A stretch of DNA of 64,000 nt from Lepidodermella squamata. Taxonomy: Eukaryota > Animalia > Gastrotricha. The position numbers were made by a program, and so were the translations under genes. The notes beneath the pieces were generated by a model that saw nothing but the letters and a program-made list of their open reading frames with translations, did no database searches and was not told where the DNA came from. The stretch is from the NCBI GenBank assembly GCA_047495785.1, contig JBLDXI010000040.1:124001-188000 (forward strand). The letters are read 5' to 3'. Of the stretch, positions 27,287-38,167 are shown in pieces; the first letter of the stretch is position 1, and each line of letters starts with the position of its first letter.

Positions 27287-30200
27287 ATGGCTGAATTTTT
27301 CCGTGGTGTTTTGCCGCCGGCCGTTGGATCGCGTGCTCTCGCCAACGATGGCGTGGTCAACGACGGTGTGGCCATCAGCGGCCATCAGCGGCAATCAGAC
27401 GATTTGGCCATCAGCGGTGTGGTCATCAGCAGGGAACAGCACAACTCCAACAGCACAACGCTTGTAGGTTTCATTTACATTTTTTTATTTTTGTTACCAT
27501 TTCGAATGCTCTTGATCATGCATTAAACAACTTTTGATACTGTTTCCTTCAATTGAGCCTTTTCCATGTAACCGGTGTGAAGTCAACCGTGACGAACCGC
27601 CGCTCAGTTCGCCGAGGTTCTACGCATCACCGGCAACATAGCGCGGTTCCACTCGACTTACGTCTCTACGGTTCACCGACGTGTAAGCGCGATTCCTGTA
27701 GCCGACACAGTAGCTGATGTTGCGCATGACCGATCTTCATCATCCGGAACCAACACGGCCTCGAAAAACAACCCATTCTGATAGTATATAAACCCTGTTA
27801 ATAATGTTGTCAGACACTTGATAGACACACAAGTTAGGTAGTTGGTTATAGTACAATAAAACCTGTCAGTTGTTGGAGTCCGCCGTCTCTTGCCTGGACC
27901 ATTCGAACCCGTTACAATTTGGTGTCAGAAGTGGCTCTAGCCGAGAGCGGCGGACCCCATGACCAAGCAGGAACCTGTCGACCCGGAGGAGTGTAGGACT
28001 GCAGATAAAACCGCGAAAGCTCGACGACAAAGGGCCAAATGGCAAGTACATCCGAAAGATGTAGCCACAGCGAACGACAAGGTGCCGACGACATTGACAA
28101 TCTGCAAGGCAACGAGAATCAGCGGATACTGGCAAGTGTCGAATTATTGATCGGACTGGGACGGATCTGACGGATCGTGCTGGGCGAAACAGTCAAGGCA
28201 GCCTGGCAAGGATAGGATCGAAGACCGAACAGTCGTGGTCAGACCTTTTGCGAACAACGTCGCTAAAGAGACGGATGGAATGGTGCAAGGCCTACAATGT
28301 ACAACTGGGTACTGTAGCGTTGAATGTCCACACTTAGTGATTAGTACGCGTAGAGCGTAGACGTATTGTGAGTTATGGAAATACTGGCTAACCCTAGCAC
28401 TGGTACCGGGTGCATGCGGCTGTTTTGTTTTGGAGGAAACACATGATGGTTTCAGACCGGTAACCGACTTCAACCCTAACCCCAGCCTTAAGACGGTACG
28501 GAGGAGAGGATGAGCTTCATTACACGGATGCAACTTCTGGTTGTCACCGATAATATTGAACGGAGACGAGGGCGTGTTGTCCAGCAGCAGTTGTCGTATG
28601 TATGGTTGAGGAATGAAGTTTATTATGGAGTATGCCCTTCTGGAAAGGAAGGAGGAAGAGACTGTCGCAATATAGTGAAGCTAACGACCGGACGGTACCG
28701 TAGGCACGCGCCGCATTTACGTCGGGAATCAAAAGTTCGGCCGAACCTTCTTCACCTGGAGCCTGACGTACAGAATGCGGGCGACATGACTGACAATTGA
28801 GAGCGATGTGATACTATGATTGTACAATCCTGGAGACGCATAGTCTGGAGATTTCCCAGGTGACGACCTGGAAGGGAGCGGTAGTTCGCAAGGATTTTTG
28901 ACTGGTTGATATGGTAAGAAAACCCCCGAAAGGCGGCTCGCTCCGTTTGTTGGCTGCTGGATGATGGATGGCGCCAATTATAATGTTGTTTGAACACCCC
29001 TCGAAGTCGCCAATTGCAGTCTTCTTGGACTGGTTGAACCGCGTTGATCATGACGCCGCTGAACCTTGCTGGGCGATTGTAGCCGTGAAAGATGCTGCGA
29101 TGTAGCATGAATGGAATCGGAGTATCACTAAAGTCGCAACGTCGATTAAGGAAGTGACGAACCCTGTAACCAGAAGCCGAGGTGATGATGATAATGGAAG
29201 CGGCGAGTGGCGAGTTATGAGCCCTTTGACTTAGTTTACCTTCTCTATGACACATATTTCTGGAGAGAACTACACGATCGACTCTGACGCCATGTGTTCG
29301 AGGAATAGCCCTGGTGTGTCGAACTGGCCGAGTGCCGAGTGCACGTTCTCGTCATTAGTGATAGTTACTCTTCTGATTCAGTCTTGTGTTGTGCGTTATA
29401 AACCTTCTAAGCTTGTGTCTGCGCCTATCTTTTATTACCTTGGAGAAAAGAGGGATGGGAATATCATGTCAGGACGGGGTGGAGTGACCATTAACAACTA
29501 CCGTAGCAAATTAACAAGTCGAATAATAACAATTGTGCCGAGCCGTAGTAGACTTTATGCACGCCGATTATTACTAACATTATGAACTTTGTTGCTGGTA
29601 GTATAGTTGCATAGTAATAGTGTTGTAGTAGTGTTGTTTAGAGCTATACTGTTACGATTCCTGTAAATTAAACAGATACGCCTGCTCTAATATGTGATGA
29701 AGTGAAGCAACTCACGGCCAAGATGCAACTCAAATCTTCCGACGGATACTACGCCGCATGTAAACAGAGCTGTGTCCTTCAAAGGAAAAAGCTGCACAAC
29801 GTTTCCGGCCACGCCGTAGATTCGACGATGACGACTCATCGGCAACCACCGTTACAGTGGCAGTTGCAGTATCTTTTACTACGGGGCGGACATTGACTTC
29901 AACCTCGGCGTCGACCAGTGTAGCAGCCTCGACGGTTTCCGCGGCCATTGCGCGGGCACCTACGTCAGGAACTGTTTCGGACACCGGCTGCGGCATGCGG
30001 GTAGTTTGAGGATGCATCGATTCCGGTGGATCACTCCTCAGCCACCGTACATACGACGCGGTTATCGCAAGATCGCGGGCATGTCCGCTATGACGGAACA
30101 GAAATGATTCATAGGTGCGAAGTGCTGCTGCCACTAGCTCCTCGACGCCAGCACGGGTCGTTAGGTCGTAAGTTTGGCCAGAGATGTCACTAGATGCTGG

Positions 30201-32489
30201 GCTGATGGCACCCGAGCGTTGTTCATCGACGTTGGACATACTGGGCGTAGTTGTATTGCTTGAAGTTATGGATCTGCCTCCGACATGGTCATTTTATATG
30301 GTAGTCAGCGAACGATACGTGGTCACGATTCAATGACTCTGTGGATAACTGTTTTCATTGACACCCGTAGTCATAGGTTAAACGGGGAGGAATTGTAACC
30401 GGTGTGAAGTCAACCGTGACGAACCGCCGCTCAGTTCGCCGAGGTTCTACGCATCACCGGCAACATAGCGCGGTTCCACTCGACTTACGTCTCTACGGTT
30501 CACCGACGTGTAAGCGCGATTCCTGTAGCCGACACAGTAGCTGATGTTGCGCATGACCGATCTTCATCATCCGGAACCAACACGGCCTCGAAAAACAACC
30601 CATTCTGATAGTATATAAACCCTGTTAATAATGTTGTCAGACACTTGATAGACACACAAGTTAGGTAGTTGGTTATAGTACAATAAAACCTGTCAGTTGT
30701 TGGAGTCCGCCGTCTCTTGCCTGGACCATTCGAACCCGTTACATCCATTCATCTGTTACATAATACTGTAAAGCCATGAATTTCTTGTTTAGCGAATTTA
30801 ATTTCTGCGTGACCGATTTTTACACCCATTTGCAAAAAGTCCTCGTAGGACATATGATTTTACATTATTTGTATTGTATTTATTTGGAGTTTATTTGTAT
30901 TTTCAGGAGCATCAGTATTTCTACATAGCGATAATCGCCGTCACCAGCGTAACCGGCGCTATCGTAATTTGCTGCTGTTGCCTGTACATATTTACAAAAA
31001 CCAGAGCTCTACGTGCTCGAATCGTCGGTAAGCTGTAATTAATTTGCTTATTTTTTTTTATTCATGCTTTCTACTTCAGGCTGCCTCCGAGAGCGCGCCT
31101 TTGTTAGCGTTGACATTGGTTTGTTTGTTTTAGTTGCTAGATTCTTGTAATATTTTTTTCAACTCTAGAAACGATTCGCGGCGCGGTTTCGCCGTTGCTT
31201 GATAGTGTAGCAACGCCGTTTCGGCGTGCGTTCGCTCACCTGAAAGACTTAAAAGATGCTGGGCAATCTGTTGCTGGTGCCGGCTCACCGGATGAAAACA
31301 TTGGTAAAAGCTGAAACCCGAAATCGTAATTATCATGATTATTCGTTTTTGCAGAATCTTGCGAATTTAAGGAGCCTGATCATCCTCAAGTGCCAGGTTT
31401 TGATTTGATTATCACACATTTCATTTGGCTAACATTGTTTTACCTAGGATCTTCTGAGATTGGGCCAACTCCTCGTGTCCCCGTGAAGCATGCTCGGGTC
31501 TGCGATGCCGATGCGAATGCCGCTGAACTCCGCGCCGCTAATGCCATGCGGCTCTTTCACATGGCGGAAGAACAGCGTGCCCGCCAAGAGGCGGCTACGC
31601 ATGAAGCTGTACATTACGCTCGCGCGGCAGAGGCCCGTGCGGAGGTTGCCAATGCGCGAGCTGCGGCTGCCGAAGCACGGGTCGCTGCTGCAGAGGCGCA
31701 AGTTGCCGAGGCGATGGGCCTTCTACATGCCATCGAAAATGCGATTACCGCTGAGCAGCAGCGGCTGGCTCAGTTACATGCTCAGTTACATCCGCCCAAT
31801 TTCCATCTAACGCCTGGTTAGTTAACAATATTTTACACCCTGTTTTTATAATTTATATATTTTTACAGGAGAGGAGGTTTCGGTCGATACAAATTTGTTC
31901 TCTACCCCAACGGCTCGCTCGCTCACTGGAAACAACGGTATCAACGATTTGTTATACTTGTTAATTTTGTTTTAAAGTCTGAATTGGTTTTATAGACCCT
32001 ACTAATGCTGCGCTGCCACCATCTTCATCTTCATCATCTTCAACGTCATCTTTACCGGAATGGCGACCCGACTCGTCAGGTTCAGAGTCTGATCATGCTC
32101 CGGCTGCTTCGACTGCTTCGACTGCTCCGACTGGTTCGACTGCTCCGGCTGGTTCGACTGCTCCGGCTGGTTCGACTGCTCCGGCTGGTTCGACTGCTCC
32201 GGCTGGTTCGACTGCTCCGGCTGGTTCGACTGCTCCAGCTGGTTCGACTGCTCCGGCTGGTTCGACTGCTCCGGCTGGTTCGACTGCTCCGGCTGGTTCG
32301 ACTGCTCCGACCGACCAGAAAAACATGCAGGACGCTACAGCCGTTCGTTGCTACTGCAAAACCGGCTGTTTAGCCCAGTGCGGCTGCCGCAAAAATAACC
32401 GGCGTTGTAGCCCGGCGTGCTTCTGCGTAAGGTGGTTTAACTGTCAAAACACTGTGACAGTTAAACCACCTTGCGCAGAGGGCAATTAG
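27287..32489 (+). CDS. Cargo: 7-exon, ~436 aa protein with TM + Cys cluster, Ala/Glu coiled coil, (APAGST)n and C-terminal CXC-like Cys domain
   Basis: Exons 27287-27463, 30907-31027, 31080-31118, 31355-31396, 31448-31816, 31869-31937 and 31996-32489 are all GT-AG and phase-consistent. It ends with [34 protein letters not shown]. Confidence 0.7.
27567..30743 (+). mobile_element. Non-autonomous LTR retrotransposon (Gypsy-like), identical 350-bp LTRs, TSD TCCA
   Basis: LTRs 27567-27916 and 30394-30743 (TGT...ACA). PBS TGGTGTCAGAAGTGG is tRNA-Leu-type and the PPT is AAACGGGGAGGAA. No recognisable gag/pol. Confidence 0.92.
29730..30239 (-). CDS. Antisense 169-aa ORF inside the LTR element
   Basis: ATG-initiated and the longest ORF in the element. 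TATAAAA lies ~55 bp upstream on the minus strand. Basic C-terminus. Confidence 0.35.
   Translation of the reverse strand: MSNVDEQRSGAISPASSDISGQTYDLTTRAGVEELVAAALRTYESFLFRHSGHARDLAITASYVRWLRSDPPESMHPQTTRMPQPVSETVPDVGARAMAAETVEAATLVDAEVEVNVRPVVKDTATATVTVVADESSSSNLRRGRKRCAAFSFEGHSSVYMRRSIRRKI
32097..32310 (+). repeat. 18-bp coding minisatellite (GCTCCGGCTGGTTCGACT, ~10-11 units)
   Basis: Directly visible. It reads APAGST in the spliced frame. Confidence 0.9.
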
Positions 32490-32819
32490 ATTGGTTTGAT
32501 CTTTGCTCTCAGATCGCGTGCTCTTCAGTCATAGAACCATTAGATTTGTCAATTAAATTGCTGCGACATTCATAAAGTTGAGCATGCTGCTCAGTTTCAA
32601 ATATTGATTTGCTCCTCGATCTTATTTTTGATTGTAGATTTTCGATTTTTTTGAACGATCATCTTCTTCTTTCGTGCCAGCCTTATTTCTTATTTTTCGA
32701 TGGTTTTAACTCTTGATCATTTGTTACTCGCGCCTGAAAAACTATTGTTTTTAACCGGTTTCGACTCTTACATACCGTGATGCGGATAAATAAATACTAC
32801 AAAATATAACTGCTCAAAT

Positions 32820-32965
32820 GAGACGTGGCAAGCGATTTCGGCCCTATCTCTATCTTCGCAGTCATTTGAAAATTGGGTGTTGCGCAATAATGATTATGCG
32901 TCAGCTGTTGCTTTTTCAAATGCCTGTGAAGATAGAGATAGGGCCGAAATCGCTTGCCACGTCTC
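32820..32965. mobile_element. 146-bp foldback MITE, GAG...CTC, 4-bp TSD AAAT (Sola-like)
   Basis: 38-bp perfect arms extending to ~53 bp, with AAAT on both flanks. Confidence 0.8.
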
Positions 32966-33857
32966 AAATGAATAATATCATAATATGTCGCCTAGTTGTT
33001 TCGCAACGATTATAACTCTTACGCCTGTTATACAACTTTTTCATCTTCTTCCTTCGTCTTCGTGACTGCCTTTTCCTTCGTGCCTTTTTCGTCGTGCCTG
33101 CCTTTTTCGTCGTGCCTGCCCTAATTTGATATTTTTTCATCTTTTTGACTCTTGCTCGTATTTTTGTTACTGCTTCGAATCAAAACTCTTGCTGTTACGA
33201 GTTACGAGTTAGTTGTTGTTAGAGTACTCTTACTACTCCTGTTATTGCTTGACACTGTTTTGGCTCATACCTTACATCAAATTGCTCAAATTGAATATTT
33301 AGTCAAATATTTGGAATATGAATAATATTTAGTCAATAAATAGTACGATTTGGTAATTTGATAATTGATCTTTTCATTGTTTTTCATTCGAGAATCGGGG
33401 ACTTTGCTGCCACAGGATGTACCATATATGCCGCAATAACATGCCATATATGCGCGGGGAAGTCGAATTTTCCTCATGAAAATGACCCGCGCGATTGTTC
33501 AAGTCAAGTTCTTAACATGAGCTGTCGATCGGTTCACTAAAGTGTGCCATCTTTCAAATATTGGCACTGATCGTTCTATTCATTTTGGCAATGCGAACAT
33601 CAAATTCAAATCGAAAAATAAGTTCTCCCACGGAGCCGTCTGAGTCATCCCATCATTATCGAACAAGAAAATGAACCTTTCTAGCTGCAAACAGTGAATT
33701 TATTCATAACTTTCTCCTCAACACTTCATCAACACTATAATTTCAACATAACATAACTATATAATTTCAACACTGTAATTATTGTTCTAAAATAATATAA
33801 TAATGAATGCTCTGGAACAGCGCATAAATCTAACGTTTAGGTAGAGCAAAAAAATAA

Positions 33858-34663
33858 TCAAGTTTTCGGGTTACAATAACAGCAAAACCACTTCAGCTTT
33901 ACGATTGACTGAAATTGCGAGAACTCGCGATTGGTCAGCAATGAACAAGTTTTGTGAAAATACATATGGCAACAAGAGCACTCAATAGACAATTGTTCTT
34001 TTCGCGAATTAGGGTGGCTAAGATCTGAGAGACAGGCTCCGCAAGGCCATTGATATTTCAACTTTTTTGAGATAGATACAGGAAAATGCCGACATGACCG
34101 TTTGGTGAAATTTTGAAGAACGTTTGATGACGCTGGACGGCGCCTATTGAAGGAGCCTAGGTCTCGATGTAGCAGCTGCCTTATGAAATCCTGAATCCGA
34201 TCAAGGCTTGGAGTCGTTAAGAACGGGTTGTTTTCATTCATGGCTGACAACTCTTCGTGTATTTTCGAAGCTGTTTTTAGCCTGAAGTTTTCTTCTATAA
34301 ACGCCTTACTGCCAACTGACATTCGAGAGATTTGGTATGGTAATGGATGAGTTGGATGGCTATTAGCAGAGCGTTGGAATATCATTTCTCCGTTATCATA
34401 AATCGTCAATAAGGCCGTAGATCGACACTTCTCACTCGTTGTTTCGGCTAAGAACCTCCCATACCCCCTACAGCGAAAATAAAAAGAACGTCTTCCAGAA
34501 CCTGAAAAAGACTTATTATAATTAATCGAATATATCACATGTCCTGATTCTCACCAAGTTTTCTGGAATAGGTGAATTGAAGTTCTGGATAATTATCTTG
34601 TATATACTTCTTAGCAGCTAGAATTGAAGCACCAGCAGCAAATTTTACTTGGATTACATGCAT
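33858..34663 (-). CDS. Cargo: WRKY/FLYWCH-like Zn-finger region + C-terminal PHD finger
   Basis: Exon 1 (34663-34555) and exon 2 (34501-33858) are in phase. Motifs are FYFRC...KC....HPTH and the PHD pattern CGAC...IECSCCHMYFHKTC...WFCCYC. Confidence 0.7.
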
Positions 34664-34754
34664 TTCGATTCAAGTAGTATTAATCATCCCTAGAAACTAA
34701 GAAGATGTGACAGGCGCAAAGAAGCCGTGCGCAAAAAGCATTAGCAAAAAAATC

Positions 34755-35401
34755 GCCGTTTCAGATTCCAGACGCTATGAAATGCTTCCCAAGCAATTGC
34801 TTCCAAAGCAACTGCTTCCCAATCACTGCTCTAGAAGCAAAGTGCTTCCCAAGCAGGTAAATAAACATGGCGTAACAATCACTGCTTCAGAAGCAGTTGC
34901 TTCCAAAGCAAATGCTTCCCAAGCAGAGTTTCGCGATTTTTCACCGATGAGCCACAAAAGTAACAAGTAATGGGAAATCGCAAGTAAAGCCGAAAATTGG
35001 ATTGTTAAATTCCGAGCTAATGCTTCTCGGTCAAACTCATCTTTCGCCCTGGGTACTAGCCGCCCTCCATTCAGATGTGAAATAAAACAAATTTTTCATT
35101 AGCTTTTTATGTTACCATTGAATTCCTTGATCGATCGGTTGATTGATCATGCAACGGATCCTTGCTCTGAGGGGCCTACAACCCGCGGTAACAGGGCTAA
35201 ATAGTGAATTTCCTAAAAATTCAGCTTGCTTGAAAAGTAGTGCTTCCCAATCAATTGCTTGGGAATCAGTTGCTGGGGAAGCAGTTGATTGGGAAGCAAT
35301 TACTTGGGAAGCAGTGCTCTGTAAGCGTGCTGCTTGGGAAGCAGTTGCTTTGGAAGCAATTGCTTGGGAAGCATTTCATAGCGTCTGGAATTTGAAACGG
35401 C
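34755..35401. mobile_element. MITE with 15-bp subterminal tandem repeats (foldback/MULE-like), 8-bp TSD AAAAAATC
   Basis: GCCGTTTCAGATTCCAGACGCTATGAAATGCTTCCC / mirror, with AAGCAATTGCTTCCC-type arrays on both arms. Confidence 0.8.
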
Positions 35402-35672
35402 AAAAAATCAGCAAAAAGATCAGGAAAGTTGGAGGGCGCCACAACAGCCTATAATCAGTGGCTTTTCCACTCACTCAGCGAAGCCTACAAACGCCGTCGT
35501 AGCAAGAAAGCTACCAGAAGACTTATTTGGAGAATGATTTACAAAAGTAGAGAATATTTACATGAGGTAATTCCACGGAGCCAAAAATAGAGTATTATTT
35601 AACGCCGGAACTATAAGACACTACTATACTTCCAGAACTATAAGAAAATAAAGTGTATTATCATCGGCTTGA

Positions 35673-35897
35673 CTAGCGACGAGGGTGCATCGGGGTCTCA
35701 GGATCCCTGCTGCACGTCCACATGGTTTTAGCCGGGTGGACCAGTCGTTTGCCTGGCACATTCACCCATCGCAATCGCAGGAGAACTTCATCAGGACTGA
35801 CGTCGAGAACGGCACGAACGGCTTCGTTTTGCGCGTGTTGAAGACGATCCAGCTGGGTCTTGCAACCTTGATCGATGACGGCGTCGCAGTAGTTGAA
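35673..35897 (-). mobile_element. CR1/L2-like LINE ORF2 fragment
   Basis: FNYCDAV...LDRLQHAQNEAVRAVL...LLRLRW..KRLVH resembles the post-RT region of CR1/L2-clade ORF2. Confidence 0.55.
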
Positions 35898-36119
35898 CTT
35901 CGACCCATCAATTCATTTTTAGAAGCTTTTTAATCTTGAAGTTTATAATTTCTCTTTCAAAATGAATATCAAAATCTTTCAAGTTATGAATGTAAAATTA
36001 CATTTTACCAGATTTTTATTCTCTAATAAGGGCCTTGACAGAACAAAAGCTTCCTTTGTCAATCATCCACTTTTGGCGCGCTTCGTCTTGCGTTCATTTT
36101 TTCGACTCCTTGTTGCAAA

Positions 36120-37794
36120 ATGAATGCTACGACATATTATCTGATATTAATTATCGCCATCTATGCTCATGTCGATGGAAAAATTGAAAAACGCACGGTG
36201 AAACTATCTCCTGTTTTGGAGAACCCTCTTGCTGATGCGCCAGATATCGACTGGGAAAATGTGACGGATGGGTTTTTTACCGGGCCAGTAAATACCGAGT
36301 GTGAGACAGTAGCTTACATTTGGGGTAAGTATTTGGATTCATTTTCGAACATTGATCGCTAAAAAACATGTTTTTCTCTAAAGAGGGGCATTACTATCTT
36401 GGAAAACTTATGGCTGTAAAAACGGGCAAAGATAAACGAGACTGTGGAGATAAGGTGAGCCCTTTAACCTGACTTAAACATCATTGGGTTCGTTTTCATG
36501 ACTCAGATCATCAAAGATATGAAGGAGGTTGTCAAAAAAACATTTCCTCTCACTGCAGATGATTTGGTGAGCAAATTATTTTAGTGAACATGAGTTAACT
36601 CAAGTGAATTTTATTGTTAGAAATCCTACACTTTCCGGATTCTTGTATGTATCAATCCCTCTTATGAAACTGCCTGCAAAGAGGGAGCTGATATTTTGGC
36701 TTGTATGAAGGTTATTTAATTGCTTAATCTTTCAATTTGATGAATTTCTATTAAAAGGCCTTTGACGAGAAGAATACTGGAAACTTACTCCCTGGATTGG
36801 TATGTAATAAGCATTTTTCCAGAGCAGTTTGCTCATTTGATTTATTCTCAGATATCCATAGCTTACTTTATCGACTTCGCTGAGGACACAAGCTGCATGC
36901 TGCGTAGCTATTCGAAGGTGTGGCTTACTCAAACGCTATGGGATCTCAGTGTTTCCGTTCCGGTGAGAGAAATGTTCACAAACTGGATACCAAGTTTAGT
37001 CAGGGCCATTTCTCTGGCTTATACCCCTATTCAATCCACGCTTGAATATTTTGCGAAAAAATCCACCCTGGTCCGGGAAGTTTTAGCTCAGGTACGTTTC
37101 TGGCAAACGATGATCATAATTTTGACTTTAATTGTCTTAGATTTCAATTTTTATCATCAGAAGTCCGAATTTTTCAGCCTATCAGTGCTATTTCTACATC
37201 GTGGTAGCTTTGTATCTATTATACCAATATTACTACTCGGGATCAGATTCTATGCGAAACAGGCTACTAATGCAACTAATGCTACTGGCGGTCTGCGGTG
37301 CCTTGGAATTAGTTGTAACAAGCTATGCAACCGAGATAAAGATTTATGACACGGTCATAGTAACCCAATTTGTCGCTCTATCGCTGCGTTATTTATATGT
37401 GAGCGAGCTATATCTTAACCGACCTCTGATGTGGTATTTATCTCTCATTTACATCTTATCTTTTTTGGCTGTTGCGCGCATGATTGAGAAATACATGAAT
37501 AGAGAAGATGGTGGTGGTGGTGGTGTGACAAACGATTCAGACCGTGAGGTTATTGCTACTAATAAAATTGAGCCCATAGTTAATTTGAAAACTACTGAAA
37601 CAAGTAGCAGACTAGCCTCCGATCCATCTTCGTCTGTCTTGCGATCTGGAAGAAGAATCGTCCATAGCGAAAGCAGTCGTGTCATTGCCGAAGAAAAACG
37701 TGACGTGGGCAACAATGAATCGTCATCTAAGAGCGAAGAAAGTCGTTCAAGTATTATTCAGCCTTTGATCAATCGCTTTCGGCCATTTCGATAG
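36120..37794 (+). CDS. Cargo: 7-exon polytopic membrane protein of unknown function
   Basis: Signal peptide MNATTYYLILIIAIYAHVDG and six short phase-consistent GT-AG introns. ~4 hydrophobic segments lie in the last exon (from 37141), followed by a Ser/charged tail. Confidence 0.7.
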
Positions 37795-38167
37795 TATAGA
37801 TCTTGCTACTTTAACCAGCAACAAGGAACTCTTTAGCAAGGAACTCTAGCATGTTGTAGGTAACCTAAGGAAATCTCCGCCTCTGGCTTTTTATTGATAA
37901 TTGATATTGATATTTGATATTGCAAAATATTGCGTTTTATTAGTAGTCCTTTAACTCTTGTGCGCGAATCTAGCCAATTAATTATTATTTTGTGGTTATC
38001 ATCTTCATTTTTCCTTTTTGCACGCCTTCTAAGAATGTAAATTCACTGTCAATTATAATAAAATACAAGTGTGATCTATTATTTGATAATTATAGCTACC
38101 CACAACTAAGAAATAAATGTTTACTTTTCTAAATTTCTCTCACATTTTAGTCAGTTTTATTTATCGT

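Noticed and set aside
27959-29585. gag/pol remnants in the LTR element
   Set aside because: No zinc knuckle, protease, RT (YxDD) or integrase motif visible in the listed ORFs.
32005-32373. (LRLVRL)n and (AVEPAG)n ORFs
   Set aside because: They are alternative frames of the 18-bp minisatellite. The phase-consistent frame leading into the Cys domain is APAGST.
33286-33690. Possible additional minus-strand cargo gene
   Set aside because: Short frames with stops and no supportable model.
34707-35454. ORFs with LLPKQ / AWEA repeats
   Set aside because: Translations of MITE subterminal repeats.
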